From: the human T2T-CHM13v2.0 reference genome, Homo sapiens
Reading direction: 5' to 3' (one strand)
Length of the DNA: 64,000 bases
Assembly: GCF_009914755.1 (NCBI RefSeq)
Contig: NC_060938.1
The notes beneath the pieces were generated by a model. The model was not told the DNA's origin, did no database searches, and worked only from the letters and a program-made list of their open reading frames with translations. A program made the translations under genes and the position numbers. This document shows positions 40,204-55,106 of this stretch, piece after piece (position 1 is the stretch's first letter; the number at the start of each line of letters is the position of its first letter).

Positions 40204-40445
40204 CAGGGTCTCCAAATGTTTTTGGCTGTCTATACATACTAGAAAAAAATTAACTCTGCACCAATTAAAAATATGTATATATGTATGTAGAATACACACA
40301 TTGCTTATATTATCACACATACAGAAACATCAGGCATTTTAAAAGATAAGATTAGATACATATATATCCCAGTATTATTCCCTGAAGTTCCCATGAACCA
40401 ACCTTGGCACCCCTGTGGATGCCCACCCCAACTTGGAGACCACTG
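40204..40445. mobile_element. Old hAT-Charlie-type MITE
   Basis: Terminal inverted repeats CAG-GGTCTCCAA (40204-40215) and TTGGAGACCACTG (40433-40445). Confidence 0.65.
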
Positions 40446-40865
40446 CTGTGGTGGGAAAACCATGGTGACAAACGGAGCCACCACCCTCAGCAGTTCCCAG
40501 GAGGAACCCCAGTATCAATGGTTATGTACTGCAGAGCCTATAAGCGAATATTTAGTTCAGACACTCATTTTAGATATGAAGATATGGAGGTGCAGTGACT
40601 TACCTACCTATGGTTACAGAGTTGGATGATGAGAAAGCTGGGTGTAAAATGCCAGCCTTCTAATTTATCAGATTTCAACACATGCAGAAAATACATAGTG
40701 TTCTGTTTTAGCTGGAATCTCAGGAAAATGGGGACTGAGGTCCTGAATGAATGATGAAGAAGGAGAGGGTGAATCAATTTCCAATCGGTGGTCTTAAAGG
40801 TGAAATATTGTTAGCCTAAGTAATCTCTACTCTTTTGTGTCCCTTCTATTAAACTCTCTTTACAG

Positions 40866-40866
<1 letters not shown>

Positions 40867-40921
<55 letters not shown>

Positions 40922-40933
40922 ACACACACACAC
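40867..40933. repeat. (CT)~26 followed by (CA)n
   Basis: Directly visible. Confidence 0.97.
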
Positions 40934-40984
40934 CCCAAGATAAAATCCAAAGCTTCTGATTCAATAGCCAACCTCTTCAGCAAG

Positions 40985-41210
40985 AAGAGCAAAGGTTCTG
41001 CAGCCAGATTGCCTGGGTTCAAATCCTGATCCTATCACTGAATAGCAGACTTTAGGCAAATTATTTATCTATGACTCAGTTTCCTCATCCGTTGAAATTG
41101 GGGATAAAAAAGTTCCATAGGGGTTGATGTGAGCATTAAATGACACCTGTAAAGCACTCGGCTCACTGCCTGATCCCACGCTAATGGCCCTTTATATGTT
41201 AGCTATTTTT
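40985..41210 (+). mobile_element. MIR
   Basis: gccagattgcctgggttcaaatcctg...ctcagtttcctcatccg...atgttagctatt. Further decayed MIR pieces are likely near 4900, 11380, 13050, 28100, 30720, 31320, 42220, 42900, 45130 and 50950. Confidence 0.85.
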
Positions 41211-43715
41211 ATTATTTTATTCTAATTCTTCCTAAAAGCTTAAAGCACAGTCCTTCATATCACTGCATCGCATTTCATTTTGTAACATGTTCTTGTGCTA
41301 CATGTTTCACCATGTGCTACATGGTGAAAGGCATTTTCCTACCCGCTTTACAAAAACAGACACCGAGGCCCATGTTTAGGGCCAAAATCAGTGCTGAATG
41401 CCAGGACAGACTCCCAATTCAGTGTCTCGTATCAAACTGCATTTCCTTTCAAGATGAAAATTGTTACTCAAAACCCTATGCAGCTGGGCGGGAACACAGA
41501 TTCCATGGTTTCCTTTTTCTTCCTGTTTCCCCAAAGCAAAGCATCTCCTCTCTTTGCATGGGGGATCTATCCCTCCAGAAGTCTACCCAGCCTGAGGATA
41601 ATGGCAGCTGCAGGGTTACAGGGGTAACTGTCCATCTGTCTGAATTCTCAGTTGTGTGAGAGCCTGTGTTACAACCTTAGTAGCTTCTGCACCTCACTAG
41701 CTTTTCCCACTCCCTTGGAGTGCTTCCATTTTCTCCAGCTTTCGGTATCAGGGAGTGTTATTAAATGATAAGGAGCTGGCTGGCTGGTTGTGTATTGTGA
41801 GAGGCTGAGAAACAATGAGTGTTACAACACATTAGATTGCATGTTAGCTCTGATTTTGGGAACTTTGTATCACAGAGCTCATCATGCAACAGGACTGCAT
41901 CTGGGATACTGCCTCCCTTCCCCAGAGGGTTATTAATGGGCCTTCATACCTGGGAGGACAGATTACAGGAGAGATGTGATAATTAGAGATACTTCACTGA
42001 TCATAAGCAGGCCCCCGAGCACCAAGGGCTAGCAGCTGTGTTACACATATGAGGCAAGCTCCATGCTCCAGAGACAAAAGTGAAGTAGAATTTGCTGCAG
42101 TGACCTTACCTAAAAGAGGTCATCTCAAAAATGGTCACCCATGGACATTGATTGGCAATTGGTTTGAATAGAGAAAGAGTGTTCTGAGCTGAGGATCAGA
42201 AGACCTGAGTTTCATTTCTAGTTCTGCCATCATAGAGCTATAGGGTCTTGATGAAGAGTCACTTAACTTGTGACAGTTTTTTTATATAAGAAAAATGGGA
42301 GCTACATATGTCTTACTTATCACAAGAGATTGCAACTCAAATACTTCTTCTTCCAAGGTAGTAGGGTGGCAACAAGAGTGTGTGTGTGTTCTGACGATAA
42401 AGGAAATATAAGAATATTTTGAAGCAAAAGAAGGAGCCAGTACAAAGGCAGAAATTGACAACGCATGGGAGCAGAAGTGGATAAAATTAACCAAGCTGGG
42501 GCAGAAGAAGGCAGGGAAGGGTGAGAGAAAAACAGTAGACGGCTTAATGTCATCACCACCACAACAAATGATGGTGATAACTTGATGCTGGTGATGATTT
42601 GGAGCTCTTCCTATGGAGTAAGAAAGAATGCAAGAATTGGGTCATTGACCAGAAACTCTGAGGAGGAAATTAAAGAAAATTCATATCTAGGTGTCTTAAA
42701 CTTCTCAGTAAAGAAAGTTTTAAGCTCATCAATCAACAGGGGCAGGGGTAGATTTAGGGACTTGAAGAAAGTATAAGATTTTTAGAATGATCTCTTTGGG
42801 GGATCCCAAAATAAGTCAACAAGGCATCTTTTCAATGTTGTCTTGATCTCGGAGTCAGAACAACTTGGGTTTCAACCTAGCTCTATCTTTTTTCCTCCTA
42901 GAGCACCCTTAAGCAGATAGATGCCCATACCTTACCCATCAGTACTTTAGGGTTATAATCTATATCTTGCAGGCATGTTATGAAAATTAAATATGATCAC
43001 ATATGCAGTGTGCATAACATCATGTTTGGCACATAGTAGCCTGTCATTATTTTGGAAAAGTGACCATAATGAAAGAGAATGCATCAAATATATAGGATTG
43101 TTAAATAACAATGTCCAATTTAGAAGCTGAGTTGTGTTGGCCTATCTGCTTGCACCAAGATTAAATAATATTCTTTACAGGTGTCTACACCTTTTTCTCT
43201 CCAAGGCATGTCTTCAGCCTCAGTGCTTTCATGGCTCATATTTTCTCCTCTCATGCTTTCCTACCTGCTCATATGATGAACCACATAGAGGAGGTGATTC
43301 TCCGAGGATTTATAATGTGTTTCCTGTGCTCCTGAATTGGTGCCAATGGCACACCAATCCAGTCGGGTGGGCCTCAAGGCACACCTTGCTCCTGACTGAG
43401 AAGGAAAAAATCTTTGTGGAGTTTGCACAGGTATACCAAGTAATTGAGCATTTGCATTAGTATGGAACCACCTACTACAGACACCGGGCTCGTTTCACTC
43501 AAAGGATAGCCTAGAATAAGCATGAAGGACCTCCTTTCAGAATCTTGTTTATGTAAAGCCCTTCTTGGATTTCCTCTTTATTATATTTTACATAATTGAT
43601 CACAAATGTGAACATCTATGGAAATGAGTTGGAGTATAGGCGATAATTAACCTGGAAGGGAAGAAAACCCTTCACCAGAAGCAAATAGATACCCCTGCAA
43701 ATATCTGGTAATTTC

Positions 43716-44927
<1,212 letters not shown>

Positions 44928-45612
44928 GAATAAAAACATCCTTCAAACGAAGTGGCTATTTTGTTGCAAAAAATAACTATTACTTCTCAAGCACTGACTG
45001 AGTGCCAGGGTGTATATGTATGTGAGTATGTGCGTGTGTGTGTTTTGTTCTGTTTTTTCTCTTGTAAATCCGTCAAAGATTGCAAAGGTAGGAACTATTA
45101 TCCTGATTTTTCAAGTCAGAATCCAAAATTTAGTGAGGTTAAGTGACTTGCCACCATGCTTGCTGCTCACAAGTAGCTGAGGCAAAATTTGAATCCATTT
45201 TGCCTGGAGCCCAAGCCCAGGTTCTTTCTCCTAACTGGGATGTCCTGATGCCTACACAATCTGCTCAGTGAATTACTCAGCCTCCATGTTTTTCTATTCT
45301 ATGGCACCCCTACGTCATACTAGCCACTAGAGTGAAAAGTGATAAGATGAAACCAAGAGATTGTCTTATCAGCTTCTCCATTCACATGTCTTAAATGATT
45401 TCTACCTTTACTAACAAGAGAAAAATCCAGGTACATTCTGGGGAAACCATTAGTGCTTAGTTGGTAAAATCTTGAGACTTTTATCTTACTAGTAGACCCT
45501 CAACATTTTTCCAAAGAGGCACTAATGTACCCTGTAAAGAAATGACATTTTTCGTCTCAAAAAAAAGCAAAAACAAAAAAGAAATGGCTACTTTTCACCC
45601 TAAAATAAAAAA

Positions 45613-45653
45613 GTGTGTGTGTGTGTGTGAGAGAAAGAGAGAGAGAGAGAGAG
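45613..45653. repeat. (GT)n(GA)n microsatellite
   Basis: Directly visible. Confidence 0.9.
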
Positions 45654-46333
45654 AATGAATCTATCTCCAAATGCCAATGAGCATGATGGACTAGTGGCAA
45701 GACTTTCTACAGAATATGTAATTTGGTTTAGGCAGGGCAATCTCCTTTGTATGAAGTAAATAGTAAATTCAGTTACAGTATATATAAACATTAAGAAGAA
45801 TCTTCTTCTGTTTAAATATTGCTTCTTAAAATTTGTTTTGCTATTTAAAAAATTCATTTTGAAGTTACAAGTGTCTCTCCTAAGGAGACAATTCTCTGAC
45901 AAACATAACCAACTGGCAATTACAAATCATAATTGTGACTCAGACCAATATTAAGTGAGCACCTTCCTGCTTTCTCGTAGATGAATGTCTATAAGTTGTT
46001 AGTGCACATACTGAACTAGAAAGCCCACATCAGGAAGGTACTGCTCTTTTTTTGTTACTGTTAAATTTGCTTGGCCAACTCAGAATGAATATCCAGATTT
46101 CTCAACTCTTGAGTTAGTGGATATATAAACTCCAAAAAAATTAATTAAAATTGAAGTTTAAATTTTAATACTGAGAAAAATAGTTGATTAGCTAGAAAAA
46201 TCACCCTAAACATAATTATATGTATCAGTAAGTCAAGGAAAAAATTAAATTTGTCAATAGGTCCCTATTCTCCAGTGCTGTCTTTTCAAAGTTACTTTGC
46301 AAGGTATTCAGTTTTAGTGCTAACGTATCAATC

Positions 46334-46640
46334 TTTTTTTTTTTGGTGGGCGGGGGATGGGGGCAGGGTCTCACTCTGTTGCCCAGGCTGGAGTGCAGTG
46401 GCGCCATCTCGCCTTACCACAACCCCTGTCACCCAGGTTCAAGTGATTCTCCTGCCTTAGCCTCTTGAGTAGCTGGGATTACAGGCACGTGCTACCATGC
46501 CCAGCTAACTTTTGTACCTTTAGTAAAGATGGGTTTTCGCCGTGTTGGCCAGGATGGTCTCGAACTCCAGACCTCAATGATCCACCTGCCTTGTCCTCCC
46601 AAAGTGCTGGGATTACAGGGGTTAGCCACCATGCCTGGCT
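46334..46640 (-). mobile_element. Antisense AluS with a G-rich insert at the tail junction
   Basis: T11-ggtgggcgggggatgggggcagggtctcactctgttgcccagg...; degenerate TSD taa(c/t)gtatca. Confidence 0.95.
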
Positions 46641-48616
46641 AATGTATCATTTTCTAGAATACATTTATCAATGAAATTTTCAAAGAACCTTATTGGTATG
46701 GTGAATTATGTAAAGTCTCAGAAGATTACTTTTGACTTTCCACGGCCAGATACTCTTGACTCACTTCTATCAATCATGCATTGGAAATACTCTGACATCG
46801 TCAATTCTACCGTGATCTACTCAAGCATCTCACCTGTTTCCTTCCAGAAAGCATGTTTTAATGTTGGAGATTCATTGGCTAGTAAATGTATAGTGTCTTA
46901 AATGATGTCAAATGAAGAAATGCCAAAAACATGCCCAACAGGAACAGCAAAGTATTTACCTTCATGTGTAAAATGCCAGTGTGAGATAGCCCAATGTGAT
47001 ATTGAACTGGATCAATGGTGGGGTGCCAGCACATGAGGAATCGACATTAATTCAAGTTGGGACACAGAAGTTGGCATTGTGAAGATTTTTAAATTCTAGG
47101 ACTAAATGGATGATCCACTGGGAGGCAATGTCCAGACAGATCAATACCACACAAAACGTTAATTGCTTTTCTTGGTGAATCCTAAGAAAGTGCTGGGGCT
47201 TTAGGGAAATTGAGAGAGATTTCTTTTCTTCCCCCTCCACAAAAGGTAATTAATGAGTACAACAGACAATTCAAAGCAAGAGAATAGAATCTGAAAGCTT
47301 GAAAGCCATACATTCAGAATCCATTTAGAGATTTACAGAAGGGCTTTAGCCCAGAACAGTGCCTACAGGAGCTACAGTGGTGACAGTGTCTCCTTGATAG
47401 ATGCATCCTGGAATCTTCTACTGGGCAAGCATCCAAAAATATTTGAACAAATGAGGTATGCCTTCCAGCATAGCTGGGTAGTTAGAAAAGAGTCAAACAT
47501 ATAGAAAAAAAGCATAGTGACTGAAGTCATCTTAAAGCTAGTTTACAAATGTAGTCTGAAATACACTCTATCACGGGATGAATAGGTATGGATTTTATTC
47601 CAACTATGATCTACTGTGCTTTCTGGGACTGTAAAAAGTGACTACACCATCCATTAATAATATATAGGAAGGCAGTTTGGGAATGTCAACCCAAAGCCTC
47701 TTCGTACCTTGAAATTCCCATGCAATTTGGTTACACAGAGTATATCATTACTCAGGTTAATATTATAAGACAAGTATTAGCATTATGTTTGAACAAAGGT
47801 TTTCACAAGGTCTATATTAACTTTACAAAGGTTCTGCTGTATACTGAATGACAAAGGCTGTCACAGTAGCGACCAATTTGTTCCAATTTGCTTACTTCTC
47901 CAGATCTCTCTGTCAGACTTTAAGTTCCTTGAATATAGGGTCCTAGTCTTCTTGCCCATCCTTGTATACATGGTAGGTGTTCCATCAATGTTTCTTGAAT
48001 GAATGTATAAAAAGTGTATTTTAATTGAAATCTTAACAAGTATGCATTAAATGTATAGTTGGTGCTTGGTACTAATTCTCTCACCAGTTTATTGAAATTT
48101 GACTATATTTGAGCTTGAAATGGTATACCTACAGATATAGATCATTAAAACCAAACAAAACCCTTTCTTTATGATATCAAGAGATTTGCCTCCTAACATA
48201 AAAATGAATAATCACTGTCTACCCTAATGGATTAGACTTTCTTCATTAGCCTCCTGTTTCTTCTGAGAAATGGCTACATTTTCAGAAACTCTGACTCCTA
48301 AAGGGGGTCAGTAACTCTGGGAAGACTATTTCTATTACGTGAAAATTTCAAATAATCTCCTAGAAACTTGAAAACTGGTTATACACAGAAAGCAAAAGAG
48401 GTGAAAAGTGAGTTGCAGTTTCATTAAACATGGTCATCCTCCAACACCGTCTTTCTTACCAGCCTTGCATGAAACGTCATTAAGATGCATCTTTTATGCA
48501 AGGGACCAAAAAGGGTACTACTTTTAAAATATAGCAAAAACAGGGGTTGCAGTTGCCCTTTTATTGAGGGTCAGTTTATATATGTAGTCTGATATATATT
48601 TCATCCAGAAATATAG

Positions 48617-48895
48617 TTTTTTAAACTTTTTATCGTGAAATAATTTTAGATTTGCAGAAAAGTTGTAAAGATTATATAGTTTCTTTAAACCCTTCACTGA
48701 GCTTCCACTAACGTTAAAATATTATGTAACCGTGATACATGGTTTGAAACTAAGAAATTAACATCTGTACAATACAATTTGCTCAGATAATCCCAGTTTT
48801 TCCACTACTGTCCTTTGTATGTGTCAGAATCCAATCCAGGATACCACATTTTATGTAGCTGTCCTGTCTCCTTAGTTTCTTCTAATTTGTGATAA
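48617..48895 (-). mobile_element. L1MC-type 3' end fragment
   Basis: gaaataattttagatttgcagaaaagttg...ccaatccaggataccacatt...gtctccttagtttc. Confidence 0.75.
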
Positions 48896-49514
48896 TCTAC
48901 AAATACTTTTTAATTGAAAGAATTATCTAAACGTATATTTGTCAGATCAATACCGTCCTTTCTATCTTTCCTTTCTCCACTGAACTTGGGCGTCAGTCTC
49001 TTTCTTGGCTACTAACTCTAATTTATGCATTGGATATTTTACTACTTTGGGCTCATTATTTTAAAAATCTGCAAGCAGACACAGTAGTCTAGGACTGTTC
49101 CTGAGGCTGGAGGGCCAGGGTATAGCATGTGCGCAGGCCACCAAGGCCAGCCTTGTCATTGATTCTGCTTTGTTACCAAGCAACTGAGATCGCTCCCACT
49201 AAAGAAAAAGAAGCACCACTTCCACTTCAAAGGTAAATGTGTTGAAAAAAGAACAGAATTGACACAGCTTCCTTTATCCCTTAGGTACAAGGATGCCATG
49301 CCTAGTCAGAGTTCTGAATTCAGGTTCTCAAAGCAGGAACAGGGAGATGCAGCAGCTGCAGTTGGGAACTCTTCTTTCTTTCTACATTTTTTTTTTCTTT
49401 TTGAAAGTCCACATCTCTATCAATCCAGAATCCTAATTACATATGATATAAAGGGCCCTCAAAAGACCCATTACCCCTGTTAAAGTATGTAAATTCAGGG
49501 GCAAATTATATGAA

Positions 49515-49692
49515 TAATGGCTAACATTTATTGAGCGCTTATTACATGTCAGGCACTGTTCTTCTAAGCATTTTACATTTAATCCTTACAACAACCCTGT
49601 GATGTAGGACTGATTATTAATACTATTTTACAGATAAGAAAACTGAAATACACAATAGATAGGAAAATTGCTCAAAGTTGCACAGCTAGTAA
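49515..49692 (-). mobile_element. MIR
   Basis: aatggctaacatttattgagcgctt...ttttacagataagaaaactga...cacagctagtaa. Confidence 0.85.
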
Positions 49693-50173
49693 TTGAATAA
49701 TCTTCCAAAATCTTTTTTATTTAGGTAATAGTATTTTTGATAAATAATTTATATATTTTATGAAGACCTTTACAATGATGGTGTTATTCCATTTCCACCC
49801 TAGATTAAATTAGCATCTTGAGAAAAAGCCATAAACCCAGTGATCAAAGTCGATGGTATTTATTTTATGTTTAAAAGGTGTCATCTCTATCGAGTAGTCA
49901 AGTGCTAAAAAAAAAAAACAAAAAACAAAAAAACAAAAAATCCAGTCAACAGAAACTTAAACACTTGAGGGCAAACATTGAGCAATGTTGGGGTTTTGTT
50001 ACCTTGCACTAATTTTGGGTTTAAGAAGGGAAGGAAATGATGTTCGTAATCCAGTGTTCTGGAAGGAGGAGTGCTTTTGGTAGATTAATTTACAAAGTTT
50101 TCTGCTGACAAAAGAAAGGGAAAGGAAAAAAATCAGATAATAATTCCCTTTACAGGCCTAATTTGAACTTAAT

Positions 50174-50214
<41 letters not shown>

Positions 50215-50235
50215 GACACACACACACACACACAC
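50174..50235. repeat. (CT)n(CA)n microsatellite
   Basis: Directly visible. Confidence 0.95.
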
Positions 50236-51234
50236 GACAACTGTGAGCTGTAAATCCATGGTCATCTAGTTACTAGCGCAGTAAGAGCAGTTGTCTGATC
50301 TGATCAAAGAGTGTCATGCTCCAAAAAATCTGATCTGTGGTGAAAATAGATTCCCCCTGGATACTATCCAGGGATTAGATATTTTCAGAGACCAAAAATA
50401 CAGTGAAGTGCCCTCAGCAAGATAGAACACAGTGTAGTCATTCTTGGTGAATTGGAAGGATTTTGCCGCAGGGCTGTCATTATGAACATCAGTGATCATT
50501 GTAAGAATATGGAAAAGTGCTAGTGAATAGGAGTCCCAATTACAGAACACTGGGTGATACAGCCTTTGCTATAATTATAGTGTGTTTAGATTGATGGGCC
50601 TAATGAGCAGTGTTCCTTAATCTAAATGTTGATTTTGGAGCGAGTTAAAATTAGAGGTAAAACTGTGATAGTAAGTTTGTTTACTAGATTGACTATGTGG
50701 CTCCACGTAGAATTCAGATTAGTTCAACTAACACTTCCTCAGCACCAAACCCTTGTCAGGCCTTGGGCTAGGTCCTGGAGACCCAAAAGCAGATGAAGTC
50801 CTCAGGGAGTTACAGCCCAGCATGGGAGAGGGCATTTCAACGGCATTAGTAATAGCAGTGGATATGAATTGAGCCTTTGCCAGATGCTAAACACTTGTTC
50901 TAAACCCTCTGCGGGTATTAATCCATTTACTCACTCCACCATAACCCCACAAAGTTGGGACTAGGTGAGAGGGGAGCCAACAGGCCTGGAAGACTACAGT
51001 AACTTTTCCAAGCTTATATGTGTGATAAGTGGCAGAGCAGAGCTTAAACCTGGTCCGGACCTTGGGTTCTTAACTCTAACCTTAGTATTCCAGAGAAGAT
51101 TTCAATATACAGTAGTTCACTGTCCTGGGACCAAGAAGAGGTACAATTAACCATGTTGCCTATGCTGCTGGTGATGAAGCCAGAACGTAAACAGAATGAT
51201 TTATCCTCACTCCTTTGTTCGTGAACAAAGGAAC

Positions 51235-51700
51235 CATAATCCCCCATGAACCATTCTGGCCTCTTTACTATCCTCCAGACAGGTTGATCTTGTTTCTACC
51301 TCAGAGCCTTTGCTCTTGTTGACCTGAGTGTCCCATCCCAGATACCGTTGTATGGCCCTTCCACTCAATCCTTTCCCACCTCCCTCCAAATGTTACCTTA
51401 TTAATGAAGACTTCCCTAGCTCATTCTATTTTATCTGCCTTTCTTCCTTATCCCACCTCCCTGCAGTTCCTTCTCCCTTACCCTGCCTTACTTTTTCCCA
51501 CAGATTTTACCATTAGCAATACTATTAATTTCTTTTTACTTGGGTTTTTGTTGGTTTGTGTGTCTGCCTCCCCACACTAGAACACAGGCTCCCAGGGGTT
51601 AGTGACTTTTTAAATATTGTTTGTCACTGAATTTCCAATGCCTAAAATAGGACCTGACCACATCTGAGTTTAATATATACTTTTAGATTTAGTGAATTAA
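51235..51700 (+). mobile_element. L2 3' fragment
   Basis: cctcagagcctttgctcttg...gtctgcctccccacactagaa...gtcactgaatttccaatgcctaaaatagg. Confidence 0.65.
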
Positions 51701-51713
51701 AAAGCCAGAATGA

Positions 51714-52048
<335 letters not shown>

Positions 52049-52389
52049 TTAAAATAGTTATATCTGAGCGTCGGAATTATACTATTTTAAATACACTTTT
52101 ACCAAGTTTCCTATAATGAGCATGCGTTCTATGAGAAAAGGGCTAAAAATAGATGAAAGTTAAACATTAGTCACTAATTCATCTCATAAACCTACTTACT
52201 CCTGGGAACTATTAACTTCTGTGTTATTATTGCACATTGGGTTTTTATACATGGTAGATGCTATTATCGAGGATCCCTTGGGGAAGGTTTGTGTATGAAA
52301 TGATCATTTCTTTCCTGCTTACTCCAGATTGAGATTGCCAGCCTTGACTCACCTGAGCGGGAGACTCACATGTGAGACTGCCCGTGTGA

Positions 52390-53625
52390 AGAGCTTCCAC
52401 TGTGATACCCAGTAGGCATCTGAAAAGCATCAGGTCCAAAATGGAATTCTTGATCCCCCAACCTGCTCCTTACAGAGTGATCCTTGTCTCAGTAATTCCA
52501 ACATCCATCAGTTGTGTGATCCAAAAACTTAGAACTCATACCTCCCTTTCCTCATGCCCACAGTTTGTTCATACAAAGTTCTATAGAATCTACCTCCCGA
52601 ATACATTCAAAATTAGACCACTTCTCACTGCAACTCAATACCATGCTCCTCACTTCCATCTCTACTACTCGAAGCCACTCGAGTCATCTCTTACCTGAAT
52701 TGCTGCAAGCACTTTCCAGCTGGTATGTTTGTTTCCAATCTTTTATTTCATTATTTTTTAAGAGACAGGGTCTTGCTCTGTGTCCCATGCTGGAGTGCAG
52801 TGGCACAATCATAGCTCACTACAGCCTCAAACTCCTAGAGTCAAGTGATGCTCCTGTCTCAGCCTCTTGAGTAGTTGGGACTACAGGCACACACCATTAT
52901 GCCCAGTTAACTTTTTTCTTTCTATAGAAATGGAGGTCTCACTATGTTGCTCAGGGTGGTCTTGAATTCCTCTTTCTAGTTTTCTCTGACACTCTCACTC
53001 CCTGCCAATCTTTTCTCCTCAAAGAAGCCAGAATGGTATTTTTTAAAAAATATAATCAGCCTTTATTACCAACCACCCCCAATTAAAATCCTCATGTAGC
53101 TTTATATTATATTACCAATCCAATCTAAGTGCATTACCAAAGCTTTGAAGACCCTGTTTGATCCTACCTCTCAATACCCTCCAGAACATCCTCCTCGTCT
53201 ACCACTTTCCTCCACATCTACCACACCCTGGGCTGTTTGTCAAACATGCCTGGTTTGTTCTAGCTTTGAGCTTTTCTCTGTCTGGGAGACTTCTTCCTTC
53301 AGCACCAGAGCTGACTTTTCCTTGTTTTATACATAGTGAGATGTCAGCTCAGATGTTACCTCCTCAAAATGATCTTTTTGATCATCATAACTTAGTAAGC
53401 TCTCTCCCTCCACCAGTCACACTGTCCCACATCTCTTCATTCTGTCCAGTATTAGTCTGTAATTACCATGTGCTTACATGTTTAATATCTGCCTCACTTT
53501 TGAATGAAAGTATCAAGGGGAAAAGGAATGTGACTGTTTAAATCACTGCTATAACTTCAGTATCCAAAACAGTGCCTGGCTCATAGTGAACCCTTCATAA
53601 ATAGTCACTGAATGAAGGAATAAAG
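52390..53625 (+). mobile_element. L2 3' portion, interrupted by an AluJ
   Basis: Ends aacagtgcctggctcatagtg...ataaatagtcactgaatgaa. Confidence 0.75.
52740..52970 (-). mobile_element. Antisense AluJ-like element (5'-truncated)
   Basis: agagacagggtcttgctctg...atcatagctcactacagcctcaaactcct...tctcactatgttgctcagg (J-type diagnostics). Confidence 0.9.
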
Positions 53626-53913
53626 GATTGGAGCAATGAATGTTTTTGTGACATCTAGATGAAAATTAGAGATGATAACCGGTGCAATTTTGATCATCTA
53701 TCTCCCTTCATACCAGCCACCCTAATCTAGGGGACTAGAATACCGAAAGAAAATTTGCTTCTACGAACAAGGTAATGTCATGATATGGACTGACTCATTT
53801 ATTTGTTCATTTGTTCATTCATTCCTTCATCATTCTTCACTCATCAGACATGTAGTGAGGACTTTCTTTATATTAGGCCCCCTGTGTTTGGTTTTCTGTC
53901 AGTTATCTTAGGG

Positions 53914-53915
<2 letters not shown>

Positions 53916-53949
<34 letters not shown>
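53916..53949. repeat. (GT)17
   Basis: Directly visible. Confidence 0.97.
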
Positions 53950-53951
<2 letters not shown>

Positions 53952-54954
53952 AAGGACGAATAAAGTAAATAAACTAATGCAATGTAAGAAGTGTTGTGGT
54001 TTTTTAGTAAAGGTTATAAATCTAGACTTATGTGCGTATTGTTTTGAGAATACAAAGAAAGGTGCTTCTGTTTCTGTTTATGGGAAGTCACTTTACAGAC
54101 ATTTATCTTTAAGTCATGATAGATGAATTTCTCATATGGGCAGTTTTCCTAAATCTGAGTTTTAGCATAATGAGATCTGGAGAAAAAGAAGGCAAAAAAA
54201 AAAAAAAAAAAAAAAACCCATAGGAAATGATACAGAGACTAATGATCATTTACCCAAATAAAACAGATACCATTCAAAGTTAGACACTGAGCCTCTGGTA
54301 ATCCCTGTTCTTCTCCTTCATCTTGAGCGAGGGATACTGAAAAAGACTGGGCTGGCTACTGTTTAATCAGGGAATGATGAATACTTTTCATTAGCCCAAG
54401 AAAAGTTAGTTTCTATTCCAGAAATATTTTGTAAAGACCAGTTAAAATTATTAACTATTATGCATCACTTGTCAACTATAGGAAGCATTACTGCAACCTC
54501 TCCATAGATGATTAGAATAATTGCTGTCCTTTCATCTTTCCCATCTAACAATACTCACCCAGTACCTCCCACTTTCGTTTGTGTCTTAGTATGCTGCATG
54601 TATCTGCTTTGCTAAGAGAACATCAAGGCTTGGCATAATTGGGCTATTTCCCTGTCATACTGGTTTGCTTCTAAATCTGCCTCCTCTGTGGGTTGCAGTG
54701 AGGTCAATCAGATGCAGTCAAATGGCAGAGAAGATATTAAAAGTACATATATCCTAGAACTAAATATACACCATCTGTGAACTTCAGTTACAAAGGGAAA
54801 CTTCTCTTAATATGACCTTAGGTAAAGCCATTGGCAGTTTTATTGTATCTGTCAGCAATCACCAATAGCTTTGATTAACAACATGACTAATACATAAGTT
54901 ATGTTGGTCTCTTTTTTTCATAAATAATAAGAGATAGGGTTTCTACCAACACAA

Positions 54955-55106
54955 CATTTCTCATACTTGCCTGATCATTAGACCAACTGTGGCACCTGAG
55001 AAAAATATGCCACAGACCTACTAAATCAAAAGTTCCAACAGGCCTAGGGATCTGTATAGTTCATAAAAACTCCAGGGGATTTGATTATCAGGCGAAGTTT
55101 GGGGAG
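54955..55106. mobile_element. MER5-like hAT MITE
   Basis: tttctcatacttgcctgat ... atcaggcgaagtttgggga imperfect inverted ends; cagacctactaaatca core. Confidence 0.6.
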
